The notes beneath the pieces are model-generated. The model had not been told where the DNA came from and searched no databases. It worked only from the letters and a program-made list of their open reading frames with translations. Shown piece by piece: positions 26,300-38,670 of a stretch of DNA of 64,000 bases. The DNA comes from Pecten maximus (taxonomy: Eukaryota), in assembly GCF_902652985.1 (NCBI RefSeq), contig NC_047016.1, positions 20,708,001 through 20,772,000 of the forward strand, read 5' to 3'. The position numbers and the translations under genes are program-made. Within the stretch, counting starts at the first letter, position 1, and each line of letters begins with the position of its first letter.

Positions 26300-27107
26300 G
26301 GTAACCGGAACAAGTAGAAAGTGATGATGTTCTGGAAACAAAAACAAAAGAATGTATTTCAAATCAAGCAAATAATAATCACTAGGATATCGGAGTCTTG
26401 CTCAGTACAAAATACGTTATATTCGTTAAGAATATACACTTCAAACATGTTAATGAAATATAATGGTTTTGCATTTAGCTACGTTGAGGACAATTTATGC
26501 ATTGTGAAATCGATGCACCACAAACCCTAACAACTGACTAAAATGTCTTACAATAATATGAAATGTTCATACAAAAACGATACTAGATGTTAACATCTTT
26601 GCAATGAATTAAACTATACCATACAGCTGTTTCGTCCTTCTAGGACTCGTCGGTGATACATAGGGTCCAAAGTGACCATACTTGCTAACTGAGTGCGGAA
26701 CTCAAAACATGGTCGAAAGAAATGATGATTTCTCCCACAATGGAAATGATGGAATTGTATTACATCAACAAGCGATAACTTATTTGCGCTGGTAAAATGG
26801 AAAACGGGCACTTTCCGTTATCAGATGGTTATTTGAACCCGCAAATAGCTTCACTACTAAATGCTCAATTTGCTTTGCGCATTGTCACCGCAACGAAGTA
26901 TTATTAAAAAGTATTCGATTCTATTTGTTCACTACGGTAAACTAATTTGTTATCATCATTGTTATAATTATTATGATTTCAAGGTAAAATGAATGTTATT
27001 AAAGGAAGAATTTGAATCATTATCAAATGACAAATGACATATTTCTAATGCCAAACATTAAATCAAACGAAACAATAAATCGTATGATGTCACTGATTCT
27101 CAGTCAG

Positions 27108-28935
27108 CCAATGTTTAACATAGTGTGGTTTTTACCTTCAATGTTTAACATACAGTGTGGTTTTTACCAGCCAGTAATTAACATAAAGTCTGGTTTTACC
27201 ACCAATGTATCACATACAGCCACCTGGTTTTTACCAGTCAATGTTTCACATACAGCCTGGTTTTTACCACCAATGGTTAACATACAGTATGGTTTTTACC
27301 ACCAATGTATCACATACCGCCGCATGGTTTTTACCACCAATGTTTAACATACAGTGTGGTTTTTACCAGCCAGTAATTAACATAAAGTCTGGTTTTACCA
27401 CCAATGTATCACATACCGCCGCATGGTTTTTACCACCAATGTATCACATACAGCCTGGTTTTTACCACCAATGTATCACATACAGTATGGTTTTTACCAC
27501 CAATGTTTAACATACAGCATGGTTTTTACCACCAATGTTTAACATACAGTGTGGTTTTTACCAGCCAGTAATTAACATAAAGTCTGGTTTTACCACCAAT
27601 GTTTAACATACAGCCTGGTTTTTACCACCAATGTATCACATACAGCCTGGTTTTTACCGGTCAATGTTTAACATACAGCCTGGTTTTTACCACCAATGTA
27701 TCACATACAGCCTGGTTTTTACCGGTCAATGTTTCATATACAGCCTGGTTTTTACCGGTCAATGTTTAACATACAGCCTGGTTTTTACCGGTCAATGTTT
27801 AACATACAGCATGGCTTTTACCATCAATGTTTAATATTTCAATTTCTACTCAAGTTGGACTCAATGAAACTACCAAACTTAATCTGTTTCATTTGCTCAT
27901 GAATTTGACCAGATTAACACTGATCAGTGCGTATGAGTACATGGTTAAAATCCTTCCGCGGAACGATTTCACTTTGTCTATATATTGTTGGTATAAACAT
28001 GGAATAATTATTAAAATCATCAAATTTATAATGTATTCTTGTATTCTATGAAAGACCAGATATGCTAGATACTTCTATTTTGACAAAATAATGCTGTTTT
28101 CAATCCTAAAATTGCGGACTATTTTACTCGACCGACTAGACATGCACAATCTGGAACTCCTCGGGCTTTTCCGCATTTGGACTTGCACAAGCTTCGAGAC
28201 ATTAGACCGACTTTTTTATTCGAAAAAAAAAAAACAATTGAAATATAAGGATTGAATCTTGATTTGGTCGATTTCATGGGGTCATGAATTGAGTTGCTCT
28301 TGAGACAAATGTAATGAATGAGAAAAATTCAACATGAACTGCTTCGCAGTTCATTACATTTGTCTCAAGAGCAACTCAATTCATGACCCCATGAAATCGA
28401 CCAAATCAAGATTCAATCCTTAAACATACAGCATGGCTTTTACTACCAATGTTTAACATACAGTCTGGTTTTTACCGGTCAATGTTTCATATACAGCCTG
28501 GTTTTTACCACCAATGTTTAATATACAGCCTGGTTTTTACCACCAATGTATCACATACAGCCTGGTTTTTACCGGTCAATGTTTAACATACAGCCTGGTT
28601 TTTACCACCAATGTTTAACATACAGTATGGTTTTTACCACCAATGTTTAACATACAGCCTGGTTTTTACCGGTCAATGTTTCATATACAGCCTGGTTTTT
28701 ACCCCTCAATGTTTCATATACAGCCTGGTTTTTACCACCAATGTTTAACATACAGCCTGGTTTTTACCAGTCAATGTTTCATATACAGCCTGGTTTTTAC
28801 CGGTCAATGTTTAACATACAGCCTGGTTTTTACCGGTCAATGTTTAACATACAGCATGGCTTTTACCACCAATGGTAGACATACAATCTGGTTTTAACCA
28901 GCTAGTATTTAAAACTCAGTCTGGTTTTAAACACA
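27108..28935. repeat. 32-33 bp satellite, copy B (shorter, interrupted by an insertion)
   Basis: Same unit as 13636-15520. Confidence 0.97.
27835..28424 (-). mobile_element. Young hairpin-ended non-autonomous element inserted in the satellite, present only in copy B
   Basis: Perfect 73-bp inverted arms 28246-28318 and 28350-28422; inner atgaactGCTTCGCagttcat hairpin; distal end tatttcaatt (27835) complementary to aattgaaata (28236-28245); splits the unit aatgtttaa/catacagc. Confidence 0.9.
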
Positions 28936-31900
28936 GATTTCATGTCATGATACAACACATTTACATGTATAAGCATGGTCAAGCAGCGGTAAATTGATTA
29001 CATCAGAACTAACTCGTATTTCATCAAGGCCTCCAATAAAAACACATTTATGTCCAATACTTAAAAGAAAATCCATCAAAGGATCCCGTTAGAGTGCTGA
29101 AAAGGATGTAAAAAAGTAACGGTGACCTGCACCTTGACTCGGCAACCTCGAAAATATCATGTTCTTTTGTAATTGGTTGAAGTTTGATGATGAAAATTCC
29201 TTAATCCCTAATGAATAAAGCCGCTAGAACGTTAACAAAGTTTGGAGTTACGTCCATACAAGACGGTCTGAGAGGATCTAGCATGGTCTCCGATAAAAGT
29301 ACATACACGAATTAAGGAAATAGGACACTACATAGTTTCTACATAAAAAAAATAATGCTTTGATATTTATAAATACTAATGTTAATACAATTATTCCTTT
29401 AGGTTCCGCAGCAAGGCGCAATTGAATTTTCCATGGTTTTGGGAGGTATTGCCAGCTAGGTCTGTTTACTGCGCCATCACTCTATCGTAGTTATCCTCTT
29501 ACAAAAAGGATTAAAATTAACACACTTGGCTATAAAACAGCAATAAGATAAACTACAATAAAGCAATATATTAATAATAAGCAATAGTGTTAAAAATGAA
29601 AAATGTAAAAGCATCCAGGCGGGGTTATGAAATGAAAAGAAAACGAAATAACCCTTGTTTGCAGATATTACATCGACAGATCATGACATTAGTGACCAAG
29701 CATCCTGATCTATCTAAAGTTTTCAACTCTTCGGATGGGAGACTGTTCAATACCCGAAACGCATCAAAAGAATATAACTTTTGGCAATAATTAATAGTGT
29801 TTTTTTCGGGTATATCTACTTTCTGTTCCTTTCTGAGGTAATACATGGAAATTTTGAGTAAGGTTTTGTATATATTCATGTGATACCTTATCAATTATTT
29901 TTTAAAACATCAAACGCTATTCCCGTCAAACGCTTTACATGCAATCTGTAGAATTAAGCAATTCTCAGATTGATTGACTGTGGTTGTTGACGTCAAGCAG
30001 GTCCAGCTGCAACCTCCCCCCCCCTCCCCCCCTTAAAAACAAAAGAACCCCCCCCCCCCCCCCCCCCCCCAAAAAAAACCCCATGCAAACAAACAAATTA
30101 ATCAAATTTGTAGTCACATCAGAACATGTTAGGGATTTTCGAATACATGTACCTGATAATGGAGTTTGATACCTATATGTGCATGTTTGGGCATTAGAGG
30201 TTATCTACTCGGTTAATAAAGTTATATTAATAGTGTGATAAGAACGATACTAATGATAATTGCAAACTCAATAATGATTATAAAAGTTTTACAGATTTCA
30301 CACTTCGCGATGTTTACTCTGTCGTTCAATTTCGCTCAAGTCAAAGAGGTCCCGTGCAACTTTTTCAAGTGTCCATTGTTCCTCGTTGTATAAACCATTG
30401 TAGATATTCCGTTAGTTTATCTTAACTGGCGAACCTTTTGTGTCATCCAATTTCGTCAACCAGAGATTGCGACAAGACGCCCTATCTGTGTATACTTCAC
30501 TTGTTGCCTAGCCCGCGCCAAACACAATTGTAAATAAATCTCCACCTTCCTATCAAAGTCGTTAATACTATTTTAAATGCTTGTTGTAGAAACCTGTTTA
30601 TGCAATGCATTAAAGGTATGTAGTAGATAACTAAAACTGCACTTTAAAATATTAAAATTGTTATCTATTATCTTTTAAATAGCTTTAAACTATTTTCCCC
30701 TTCATTTCAGCGTTTCTCCGGCATAAATCATTTTAAGATAGGTCAAACGATACGATTTTATAGATATTAGGCATATCATTTCCTATTCTTAAAAAAAGTA
30801 ATTATGTAACAATAAGCATTTAAGTGAAAGGTAAAAACTAGTATAAACGATACATAGGTGATTTGCTAGTTTATTAACATACCTAACTTTTAGACGCTTT
30901 TATTTCAGAATATTTTATTGTATTGAATTAACGCAAAGACAGACTTAAACAACGCCACTCCACACTGACGATTATCAGTAACCATTACACTATCAGAGCA
31001 CCTGTACTTCAATCAAATGGATAGAAAAGGAATTAATATAAGTGTATAGTTTGTTTTCAGATCTTACTGATATATGTAAGTGTATTGTGATGTAGTATAA
31101 GGGTATTTTGTATCTGGTTTAATATAATGATATCAAAGTCAACATAACCGGTGCCATGCTGTCTTAAAAAGAGATATTTCTCCTTTACCACGTTAACCGT
31201 AATGTCATGTTTAAATATGTTTTCCTAGTTATTATATACAATGTATTTGTGCACGGTTGGTTTTTGATGTTTGTTATATTAAAGAATGATATAAATTGTT
31301 TAATACCGTGACTCCCTATACAAATATTGGATGTTGTGCAGTGACTCCCTAGACGAATATATGTTGTGTTTTTAAGTGACCCCGAAAACGAATATATTTT
31401 GTGCTATAAGGTGACTCCCAAAACGAATATATTTTGTGTTGTATGGTGTCTCCATGAACGAATATATTGGGTGTTATGCATTGACTTCTTGCAGGAATGT
31501 ATTGTGTGACACTCGGAAGGCTCTTTGATGGAATGTAGTATGTGATCCGCTGGACTACCACAGGGACATATATGATTTGTCGATTGCAGCCATTGTAACT
31601 GACTAAACATTTCAAATTGAATTGCGGGTATCATTACGTCTAAACATTTGCAATAAAACAGAATTAAATGTGTAGATTAAACACATGACAATTAATCATC
31701 CCTGTCGTAAAACTACCCTTTTATCAGTGTTATAAAAATATCGACTTTTTGCATTGCATATCAGTCTAATCAAAATAGGGTTTTCATTTTTTTTTCATTT
31801 TTAAAACGCCAATGCGACGGTAAATGAGAAGATTCCCGACTCATTTCTTTAGCCTCATATGAAATTTGAACTGACATGGGCTTGTCTATATTCCAAGTAG

Positions 31901-32180
31901 CAACTAATACGAGGATATGAAAATCAGAAAATGTGTTAAAAAGCTTTAAATAATGAAGTAGAACACACCGACATAATATCGAATCCATCAATCTAACTAA
32001 AAAAGAAGTTAAATCGAGGGCAAAATATAACAAAAAATACAAATTTGCACGGAGATCCCTGAAAGTGCCACAATGGAAAACAATTATAATAAAAAGTAAG
32101 TATGCGTCGATTATAAATAACACATTTTGATTAAATAGGAATGAGGATTCTACATAAATAAAAACTAAATAAACACTTAC

Positions 32181-32246
32181 CCTGGTGTGTGTCTCATTCA
32201 GTGCAGTTGCGGTATAGACAGCATTTTCAACGAAATGCTTGATATA
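32181..32246 (-). promoter_or_regulatory. Copy B of the putative first exon; TATA box altered to TATATCAA
   Basis: Homologous to 18685-18750, with a single substitution at 32241 in the TATA motif. Confidence 0.45.
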
Positions 32247-33554
32247 CTTGTAACCATAGTTTCATAGACCACGTGGGGAAATTTTAGAAGCAAATATTAT
32301 GTTCGACGTTTAAAATCACTTTAATCATCGTCTAATATTTCATTTCCAAAATTAATCGACAAAACAAAGCCAAATAAGAAAAAATAATCAGAAAAAGTAA
32401 AAAAAAAAACCCACTCCTACTTATATAGCATAGTTGGAGTGTACATTGGGTTAGATTACCCAGAAACACTGGAAGCGGAAGTTTATTTTCTAGGAAGAGG
32501 AGGGGAATTCCCCTTTTGTGATTTTGTACCATGTTTTCCAATTTTACTGAATTCATTATACGTGAAATAAATTCATCATATCACTGTTGCATTATAACTA
32601 CTCCGATCTGTACAAACCATCTCTAGCCTATCATAAAAGTCGATACAATTTTTGGGTAAGTCATCATTTGGTTACAATAATGATGTGTAATATAGGGGGC
32701 ATAGAAAGAGGGCATCAAAAATAAATGTGAGGTAAAACCTGGCTCATTTAGATAAGCTGATAAATTCATTTTCCAAACCACATTCACAGCATGTAAGCTC
32801 TGGAGCATGGTGTATATCATTACTCTATTCGTTTGGTGCACGAGACTTTTAAATCGAGAAATCGACAGTTAATGCAATGTGTTTGGATTTATATTGTTGA
32901 TTCACTTAATTAAGAAGCTAATTTGCCTTCTCGTCTTCATACTAAAGCGTGGTTATATTTCTAATTGGTGGATTTCCACACTCGTCTCCCTATAACCACT
33001 GACGCGTCGTTGACTCTGCTGAAACAGCTTTATACTATTCAAATGCACTAAAGACTTATTGTGATTTCTAGAATCATTTAATATATTACTATTATAATCA
33101 AGAGTAAGTGCAAAATACTGTTAAAACTGGACATAATGAGGTTGTGCTTTCTTTTGCTCTTAATTGTTCTTTCTCATTTTTTCAATTGTTAAATTGGTCA
33201 GAAAAAAAGTACAAAAATATACATGTTGGTAATATTTATACATATAGTATCATCCCTTCTATCACACAAGTTTTCCCTAATCCCAGATGATGGAACAGTC
33301 ATAATTGTATCTAGGGAACTCCTTCAGTAGCATTATCAATTAATGACGGAATAGCTTATAAAGGAGTTTTTAAGGCCTTATTATGATTCCCGATGATGTT
33401 TTCCTGTATGGGCATTAAGAGATAAATCGAAGACACGGCCAAATTCCATACACTTTGGAAACTCCTGCATTCAAAGATTAAAATGTAATTGACTGATTTC
33501 CTATTAGACACACACTTATTTCAATACCAAATACTTCATATCGTGATATATGTA

Positions 33555-34377
33555 TATCAGTATACCTCCAGTAATTTACGCAAGATGTCAGCATAACTTC
33601 AATGATTTATGTAGAATATCAGTATATCTCCACTGATTTATGTAGGGTATCATTATACATTATAGTGATTTACTTAGGGTATCAGTATATCTCAACTGAT
33701 TTATGTAGGGTTATCAGTATACCTCCAGTGATTTATGTAGGGCATCAGTATACATTATAGTGATTTACGTAGGGTATCAGTTATGTTGATGATTTATGTA
33801 GGGTATCAGTATATCACAACTGATTTATGTAAGGTTATCAATATACCTCCAGTGATTTATGTAGTGCATCAGTATATGTCGGATGATTTATGTAGGGTAT
33901 CAGTATACCTCCAATGATTTATGTAGGGTATCAGTGTACCTCCAATGATTTATGTAGGGTATCAGTTTACATTATAGTGATTTATGTAGGGTATCAGTGT
34001 ACCTCCAATGATTTATGTAGGGTATCAGTGTACCTCCAGTGATTTATGTATGGTATCAGTGTACCTCCAATGATTTATGTAGGGTATCAGTGTACCTCCA
34101 GTGATTTATGTATGGTATCAGTGTACCTCCAGTGATTTATGTAGGGTATCAGTATACCTCCAGTGATTTATGTAGGGTATCAGTTTACCTCCAGTGATTT
34201 ATGTAGGGTATCAGTATACATTATAGTGACTTACGTAGGGTATCAGTGTACGTCGATGGTTTATGTAGGGTATCAGTATATCACAACTGATTAATGTAGG
34301 GTTATCAGCATACTTTTAGTGATTATACAGGGTATCAGTATATCGCCATTGATGTACGTAAGCAACCAAGGTATTAT
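33555..34377. repeat. 31-bp satellite array 3
   Basis: Same family as arrays 1 and 2. Confidence 0.95.
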
Positions 34378-34378
34378 T

Positions 34379-34633
34379 TAAGGATTAACATCAATTATTT
34401 TTTCTGTTATACAGTCATAACAGAAAAAACTGGAGTGTACTCTAAATAAACCGCGAAGCGGTTTATGAAGAGAGTACACTCCAGTTTTTTATGTTATGAC
34501 TGTATAACAGAAAAAATAATTTATGTTAATTCTTATAATTTAATTTCGTCTTATACACACCAAGATATTTCGCTTTCTTTGGCGAACTCTTTTCTGTGAT
34601 AAATTATTACCCAACGTTATCAGCCAATCAAAA
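34379..34633 (+). mobile_element. Truncated hairpin-ended element flanked by a 90-bp direct duplication
   Basis: Inverted arms about 34379-34443 and 34471-34535 around ataaaccGCGAAGCggtttat. Flanks 34288-34377 and 34634-34723 are identical but for one base. Confidence 0.85.
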
Positions 34634-35911
34634 TGATTAATGTAGGGTTATCAGCATACTTTTAGTGATTATACAGGGTATCAGTATATCGCCATTGATG
34701 TACGTAAGCAATCAAGGTATTATATTGGGATAACGTATAATATAAGTATAAAACGGTTGATTTACATAAGTATGCACATTTTGAATTACTAAATCAAATG
34801 CAACTACCTAGGTTTGATATCATAAATCCAGAAATAAGATTTTATGAGGATACATACCTGGTACACACTGGATGCACAATCAATCTCATTTTTCAAATGG
34901 ATCCGTGCAGATATGTGTCTTCGTTTATATTTTGTCCTAATTGCGAGTTAGCCTTTGTGATAATGGGAGTATAGCCTCTTGTTGATGTACTTATAAAGTA
35001 AACAGAAAACGTCCTTCACACAAATATCTCGCTTCATTTAATAAACCGTTCACTTCACAATTCTAATACATATTATCAGAAGAGGCAGCTACAGCATTCC
35101 ACTCAAACGTGCGTTCTTGATGATCTCTAGTTGCATGGTTTAGCCGACAATTTTAGCGCTTCCCCCAAAAATGGATAATAGCTGGTGTTAAAGATTTATT
35201 TTTGTTCTTGACTTCTGAAATGCAAGATAGGCTGTGATAGTGGGCATAAAACCCACCAAAGGTTGGTTGCTCGTAGTTAGGCGCTTTCACATCCCTTAAT
35301 TGATTTATAACAATGAATTCCGAGTCATCACTACAAATCATACACCTGAAGACTGGTCATTCATTTATACGATTACTCTGTATCATATATATATATATAT
35401 ATGAATCATATTGGTACATGGAATTATATTTTCTTCTAATGTATAAAAATGAAAGATTCCCATCAACCTTTAAACTCTTCAGAAACGTAATCTAACAAAT
35501 ATTCACTTCACACTAACGCTTAACACTCCGGGGAAAAAGAACTTAGACTTGGACGCCGGGTCCATCCATGAGGTTTTCTTGACTGATGCGACTACAGAAA
35601 AGCTATGTTCATGCTGACAATACATTGCAAATCAATTGAGACAGGGTTTTGTTTTAAAGGCACAGAATAGCCAGAAATTCGTAACTTCTGCATTCCACTG
35701 CATTACAGGAAAATAAAACATGACTTAACTATGCATTTTGATAATTAAATTTGCATTTCAAGTCTTTTCCATACACGAATAAAATCTTTTGCCCGCGACA
35801 GAGAATCTTCCCACGTTCTTTCTTCTTGTTCTTCGTTTTCACTGTTTTCTTCTTAAAGTATTATATACACACGTGGAATAGTTGTCGTTGTTATAAATGG
35901 CATTGTTCATT

Positions 35912-36153
35912 TAAGCATTGAACGGCTTTCAGTTGGCATTCATAGTCAATATGAATGCCAACTGGACAGAAGCAAATTCAACATGAAGCGCACCGTTCAA
36001 TGCTTATATTTACCATCTGCGATTTTTTATTTGTCGTGCAATTTTTTTTTTGAAATTTTCAGATTCAAATTTCAGTTGGCAGTTCATAAGCTGGTGAACT
36101 CGCAACTGAATTGGTAGGGTTATATAGTGGCAGTGCCATACAATGGTAAATAT
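35912..36153 (+). mobile_element. Small hairpin-ended element with the same architecture
   Basis: Outer IR taagcattgaacgg (35912-35925) and ccgttcaatgctta (35993-36006); inner cagttggcattcata/tatgaatgccaactg hairpin; distal atggtaaatat (36143-36153) complementary to atatttaccat (36006-36016). Confidence 0.7.
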
Positions 36154-37794
36154 TACGTTATAATACGAAGGCATATCCGCTGTATTTGAAAAAGAGCAAT
36201 GCGGTCGCCATGTGATAACAGCGTTCTGCTTTTTTCTTGAAGATAAAGTGTCGGATTCGCAAAAAAAACCTAACATTATATTATTTCTGACGATCTCGAT
36301 AGGCCTACTGGTAAGGAGGGCCTCTATATAGAGGACAGTGATTATTTGTTTTTATTTTTTTTTTCAAACTGGTTACACGATTCTTACAAAAAAGTTATAG
36401 AATATGATATTATAATGTAAGTAATAAAGCTACAACGTTTTCTATCGCTCCTTTTCTAAGTAGAATCAAGTGCGACTGGCATTGTTTGTTTACATCCTTT
36501 TTACTTTGTATTCATTTCGGTTCATAGTCTTACGAAACGAAACGGAGCTTACAAGGTATATATATTTATAATGCCGTGCAAATATAAATATACAACAGTG
36601 TGAAGTCATACTTATGGTCAATAAAGAAGCCACGAAAGGTCACTGGTCTTACGACACATATATAAATCAAGCATATTATATGAAATCGGTAACAAAGTCA
36701 CCGGCTTGTAATTGATTGATTAACTTATAGATAATTATTTCGGTTGTTTGGGTCTAGAAATATTGTTGTGTTAGAAACATGCATGTTCACGTTCCGGAAT
36801 ATGGCAATATTATCACTGGTTAAGATGAACGTAACAGGTGTGCTCTCTTACATTGTTTTGCAGACGGTTTTGGACCGAACAGATTAGAACTTTGACATGA
36901 GGATTTCGAGTAAATATCGGTAAATACCCGAGGCATTCAGTGATTGGATACATGCAGTTGACAGAGATGAAAAGATGTTGGTTTTATTGTTCGAAATTCA
37001 GGAGCAGAAGTATAATATTTCAGAGGGAGAAAGAGAACCTCTTGGTACACAAGACAGGGATCATTATATATATTAGAGTATTGTATTGACAAAAGATACT
37101 TTACAATCACTATGTGTTTGTAACAAGAACAGTGGTACATGTATTGAAACTTTGAATATATGCAAGCGTTCAGGCCACGATGTGTTATAGTTATTCCATA
37201 CGCCATCAAACGTTAAAAGCTGCTATGGCCAAACGATATATACATATGTGTATATATTTCTGTAAAGCTTACTGCCTCAAGAAGACATGTCTTTAGTAAG
37301 GTGCATATTTAGCTAAGCTTTAAAAAGTTTTGAAATAGACCTGAATTAGGGCATTATCAAAATAGCAAATCATGTGCACATCTTACAAAAATGTAAAGTT
37401 ATTTTACATAGGTTAATGTAAGATCAATACCAATCGATATACTTATCATCCAGTTAAGCTGACAATACCCACAACACAGAATTATTAGCTTCTGTTCTAA
37501 AATCTTAATTATCAGAATATAATCGAGCAGTACTCTTCGGAACACGTGAACGAGTGTTAGTATAGGTACATACCATTTAATATGATAGCCAAGTTGACCT
37601 TGGTCTGATGTTTTTCAATGTAGGGAGGGATTTGTAAATCTGTCGTCTGCTAATTGCCTTTGTAAACAGCTTATACTCCGTCTTCTCTCCAAATACAATC
37701 TATACCAACCGGTTATACTTACTAGGTTTAGATAAATTGATGTTATATATTTCACAATACATATTCTATTTACCTGAATTGTCCTACGTTCTAG

Positions 37795-38670
37795 GTGAGA
37801 ACGAAGGTGAGACCACAAGTGAGACCACATTTGCGATCACAGGTAAGACCACAGGTGAGGCCACAGGTGAGAACACAGGTGAGGCCAAGGGTGAGACCAC
37901 AGGTGATACCAAGGTAAGACCACAGGTAAGACCACAAGTGAGACCACATGTGAGACCACAGGTAAGACCACAGGTGACACCACAGGTGACACCACAGGTG
38001 AGATCACAGGTGACACCACAGGTGAGACCACAGGTAAGACCACAGGTGAGACCAAGGATGATACCACAGTTGAGACCACAGGTGAGACCACAGGTGAGAC
38101 CAAGGGTGAGACAACAGGTGATATCACAGGTGAGACCACAGGTGAGACAACAGGTGATATCACAGGTAGGACCACAAGTGAGACCACAGGTGAGACCACA
38201 GGTGAGACCACAGGTAAGACCACAGGTGAGACTACAGGTGAGATCACAGGTGAGACCACATATGAGACCACAGGTGAGACCGCAGGTGAGACCACAGGTA
38301 AGACCACAGGTGAGATCAAGGGTGATACCACAGTTGAGACCACAGGTGAGACCACAGGTGAGACCACAGGTGAGACCACAGGTGAGACAACAGGTGATAT
38401 CACAGGTGAGACCACAGGTGAGACAACAGGTGATATCACAGGTAGGACCACAAGTGAGACCACAGGTGAGACCACAGGTAAGACCACAGGTGAGACCACA
38501 GGTGAGATCACAGGTGAGACCACAGATGAGACCACAGGTGAGACCGCAGGTGAGACCACAGGTAAGACCACAGGTGAGATCAAGGGTGATACCACAGTTG
38601 AGACCAGAGGTGAGACCACTGGTGAGACCAAGGGTGAGACCACAGGTAAGACCACAGGTGAGACCACAGG
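37795..38670. repeat. 12-bp minisatellite (ggtgagaccaca)n, about 72 units, with an internal higher-order duplication
   Basis: Direct repeats; reads GETT, RPQV or VVSP depending on frame; a 1-nt deletion near 37912 shifts the frame. Confidence 0.95.

Larger units (their letters stand above)
23225..33636 (+). repeat. Segmental duplication copy B
   Basis: Colinear copy of 9750-20160. Differs by SNPs, satellite copy number, a 590-bp insertion (27835-28424) and a 67-bp indel (29795-29861). Confidence 0.97.
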
